From the NCBI GenBank assembly GCA_034408725.1, contig JAWXCN010000183.1:1-31218 (forward strand): a DNA stretch of 31,218 nucleotides, written 5' to 3'. Shown here one piece after another: positions 29,402 through 31,218 of this stretch. The stretch's first letter is position 1. Each line of letters starts with the position of its first letter. This DNA comes from Candidatus Hydrogenedentota bacterium (GTDB lineage Bacteria > Hydrogenedentota > Hydrogenedentia > Hydrogenedentales > SLHB01). A model generated the notes under the pieces. That model saw nothing but the letters and a program-made list of their open reading frames with translations, was not told where the DNA came from and did no database searches. The translations under genes and the position numbers were made by a program.

Positions 29402-30364
29402 GTGAATACTCGAACACATTTAACGATTGTATCCCTCGCAATTTTTACCGCTGCAATGATTGCGCAACCGGCATATGCTGATGGGCGTGGACGTTCCGCG
29501 CGATCTGTGGGCAAAGGCGTGCGGGCCGCCGGGGCCATCGCGAGACCCGACCGCGGCCGGTCGCCGGGCATTAGGGTCCCGAATCTGGGCGGAGTGGGCG
29601 ACCGCGGTGGCAGGGGTGGAAGCCCGTTCCCGCTGCTTGATGCGCTGGGCCGATCGGGTGGTGGAGGCGGACGCGGAGGAAGCCCGTTTCCGTTGCTGGA
29701 TGTGCTGGGCCGTGCGGGTGGTGGAGGCGGACGCGGCGGAAGCCCGTTTCCATTGCTGGATGCACTGGGCGGGGCATCGAGCGGCCGGGGTGGAAACAAT
29801 GATTTTCCGATCTTGCGCGAGCTCGAGCGACAGAGCCGGGGCAACGACCGCGGCAATAAACATTCCGGAAACGACGCGCTTGATCTGTTGTACGGGCTTC
29901 AACAATTTGGCGGGTATGGCGGTTACCCCGGACAGGGATACGGTTACGACAACGGCGCGTATCCATACTACGATTCGCACAACCGGTACAGGGCCGACGA
30001 GCAATACTCCGACGCGATCCGCGATGCCGCAATTGCCAACGCGGTCGGCAATGTGGTGAGTGCAATCGTGCAGACACAGAGCGTGCGCACGCAGCCCCCG
30101 GCGTATGTTCAGCAGGCCCCGGTGTACGCGCAGCCCGCGCCGGCTTATTCACAACCCTCGAGAACGTATGTTGCGCCAAGCCCGCAGGGGTACTACGAAA
30201 CGCGCCGCGAAATCGTTGGCGGCGGCCACTACGAGCGCGAACAAATCTGGGTGCCGGAGTCCCGCGACCCACGCACCGGCCATTTCGTCGAAGGCCATAA
30301 CGAAACAGTGCGCCGTTGGGTGCCGGAAGTGATTCAGGAATCACGCGTATGGGTCGCACCGTAA
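29402..30364 (+). CDS. Secreted Gly/Arg-, Tyr- and Pro/Gln-rich low-complexity hypothetical protein
   Basis: RBS ggag, GTG start; signal peptide ending AYA; repeat units differ mainly at third codon positions in this frame. Confidence 0.7.
   Translation: MNTRTHLTIVSLAIFTAAMIAQPAYADGRGRSARSVGKGVRAAGAIARPDRGRSPGIRVPNLGGVGDRGGRGGSPFPLLDALGRSGGGGGRGGSPFPLLDVLGRAGGGGGRGGSPFPLLDALGGASSGRGGNNDFPILRELERQSRGNDRGNKHSGNDALDLLYGLQQFGGYGGYPGQGYGYDNGAYPYYDSHNRYRADEQYSDAIRDAAIANAVGNVVSAIVQTQSVRTQPPAYVQQAPVYAQPAPAYSQPSRTYVAPSPQGYYETRREIVGGGHYEREQIWVPESRDPRTGHFVEGHNETVRRWVPEVIQESRVWVAP
29612..29770 (+). repeat. Three 60-bp coding tandem repeats (GGRGGSPFPLLD[AV]LG)
   Basis: ggaagcccgtt at 29618, 29678 and 29738; degenerate fourth copy GRGGNNDFPILREL. 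Confidence 0.9.
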
Positions 30365-30530
30365 CGCGCGCTTGATTTCTGCTGCGCGCCGGCTGGGAAT
30401 CCCGATGCCCAAACAAGTTGTCCGGCGCATGTTGCACCGCCGCGGCTGAACGCCGCGGCGGTGTTCTTTTTGGCCGCTCAATCAATCCGATTGTGTGGTA
30501 TGCTCTGCATTAGAATGGAGGGGATTTCCG

Positions 30531-30884
30531 ATGTCGTACTCCACGAATTTTGATCCTCTTCCCGAGTCAAAAGTTCGATCCCGTTTTGCATGGGGAGAGG
30601 TTCCCTGGCAAATATGGGTGGTATCCGTGCTGCTCGCATTGGAAGGATTCGGCAACCTTGTCGCAATCCTCGCAATGCCGATTGCCGCGTTATGGTTTTC
30701 GATGAAATGCCTTTTCATCGCGGGCTTCTTTCTGCGGTGGAGACCGGTGTACGTGCTTTTCCTGGTGGCCGGTATGCTGCACGTGCTCGCGTTCAGCATG
30801 GCGAGTCCTGGAGTTGCACTGCTTAACCTCGCTATGGTGATACTCATTGCATCTACGAAAAGTTATTTCTTTGGCGACCGGTGA
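30531..30884 (+). CDS. Small integral membrane protein (about four hydrophobic segments), unknown function
   Basis: RBS ggaggg; 117 aa; hydrophobic stretches; TG-n-TATGCT extended -10-like site at 30496-30504. Confidence 0.7.
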   Translation: MSYSTNFDPLPESKVRSRFAWGEVPWQIWVVSVLLALEGFGNLVAILAMPIAALWFSMKCLFIAGFFLRWRPVYVLFLVAGMLHVLAFSMASPGVALLNLAMVILIASTKSYFFGDR

Positions 30885-31027
30885 GTAACAGTATCAATAG
30901 CAAAATACTGTCGGGGTTATACCCACGCGGTTTTGTGCGTGCTGGCCTCAAGTGAAATCCCGGAATCCTGGTAGCTGGCTTTTAGTTAATATGATTGATG
31001 CGAGCTTTAGCGTGGTAACATGGCTTT

Positions 31028-31218
31028 ATGAATCGACGCGACTTTCTTTGGAAATTGGGCGGTGGCCTCGGTGGCGTTGCGTTGGCTTCGATGCTGGCGC
31101 GGGACGGAATGCTGCCGCGCGCGCATGCCGCGGGCTTCGGGCCGGGATTGCGCAGCGGCGGTCTGCACCATGCGCCGCGCGCGACGCGTGTGGTGCAATT
31201 GTTCATGTCGGGCGCGGC
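31028..31218 (+). CDS. DUF1501 domain protein, 5' part (truncated by window end)
   Basis: Not in the ORF track; own translation MNRRDFLWKLGGGLGGVALASMLARDG...GLHHAPRATRVVQLFMSGA gives a Tat motif plus the typical DUF1501 N-terminus. Confidence 0.88.
   Translation, partial: MNRRDFLWKLGGGLGGVALASMLARDGMLPRAHAAGFGPGLRSGGLHHAPRATRVVQLFMSGA

Overview
A GC-rich, gene-dense bacterial chromosomal segment. PVC-type markers (CxxCH membrane-bound-dehydrogenase protein, DUF1549/DUF1553 cytochrome protein, DUF1501, Tat-exported GH116 and sulfatase) suggest a PVC-like or Ca. Hydrogenedentes-like organism; this is inference only. It holds about 20 mostly unlinked genes: FAD oxidoreductase, Ntn acylase, secreted 10-EF-hand protein, malQ, a solitary pilC/gspF, Tat-exported SOD, cupredoxin-like protein, metF, DUF2442, TsaA-like protein, M61 and M28 peptidases, and a nucleotidyltransferase with a small partner. 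Three unrelated REP/REPIN-like palindrome families are present. Most notable: (i) a four-helix-bundle gene with two in-frame TAA stops, bracketed by inverted arrays of a 9-bp repeat like a self-contained cassette (10905-11710); (ii) a MalQ with Ala in place of the conserved His of THD; (iii) a canonical sigma54 promoter with enhancer-like palindromes before the lone pilC; (iv) a GH116 with an apparently nested domain insertion. No rRNA, tRNA, CRISPR array or transposase was recognised. All family calls come from motif recognition by eye, not database searches.
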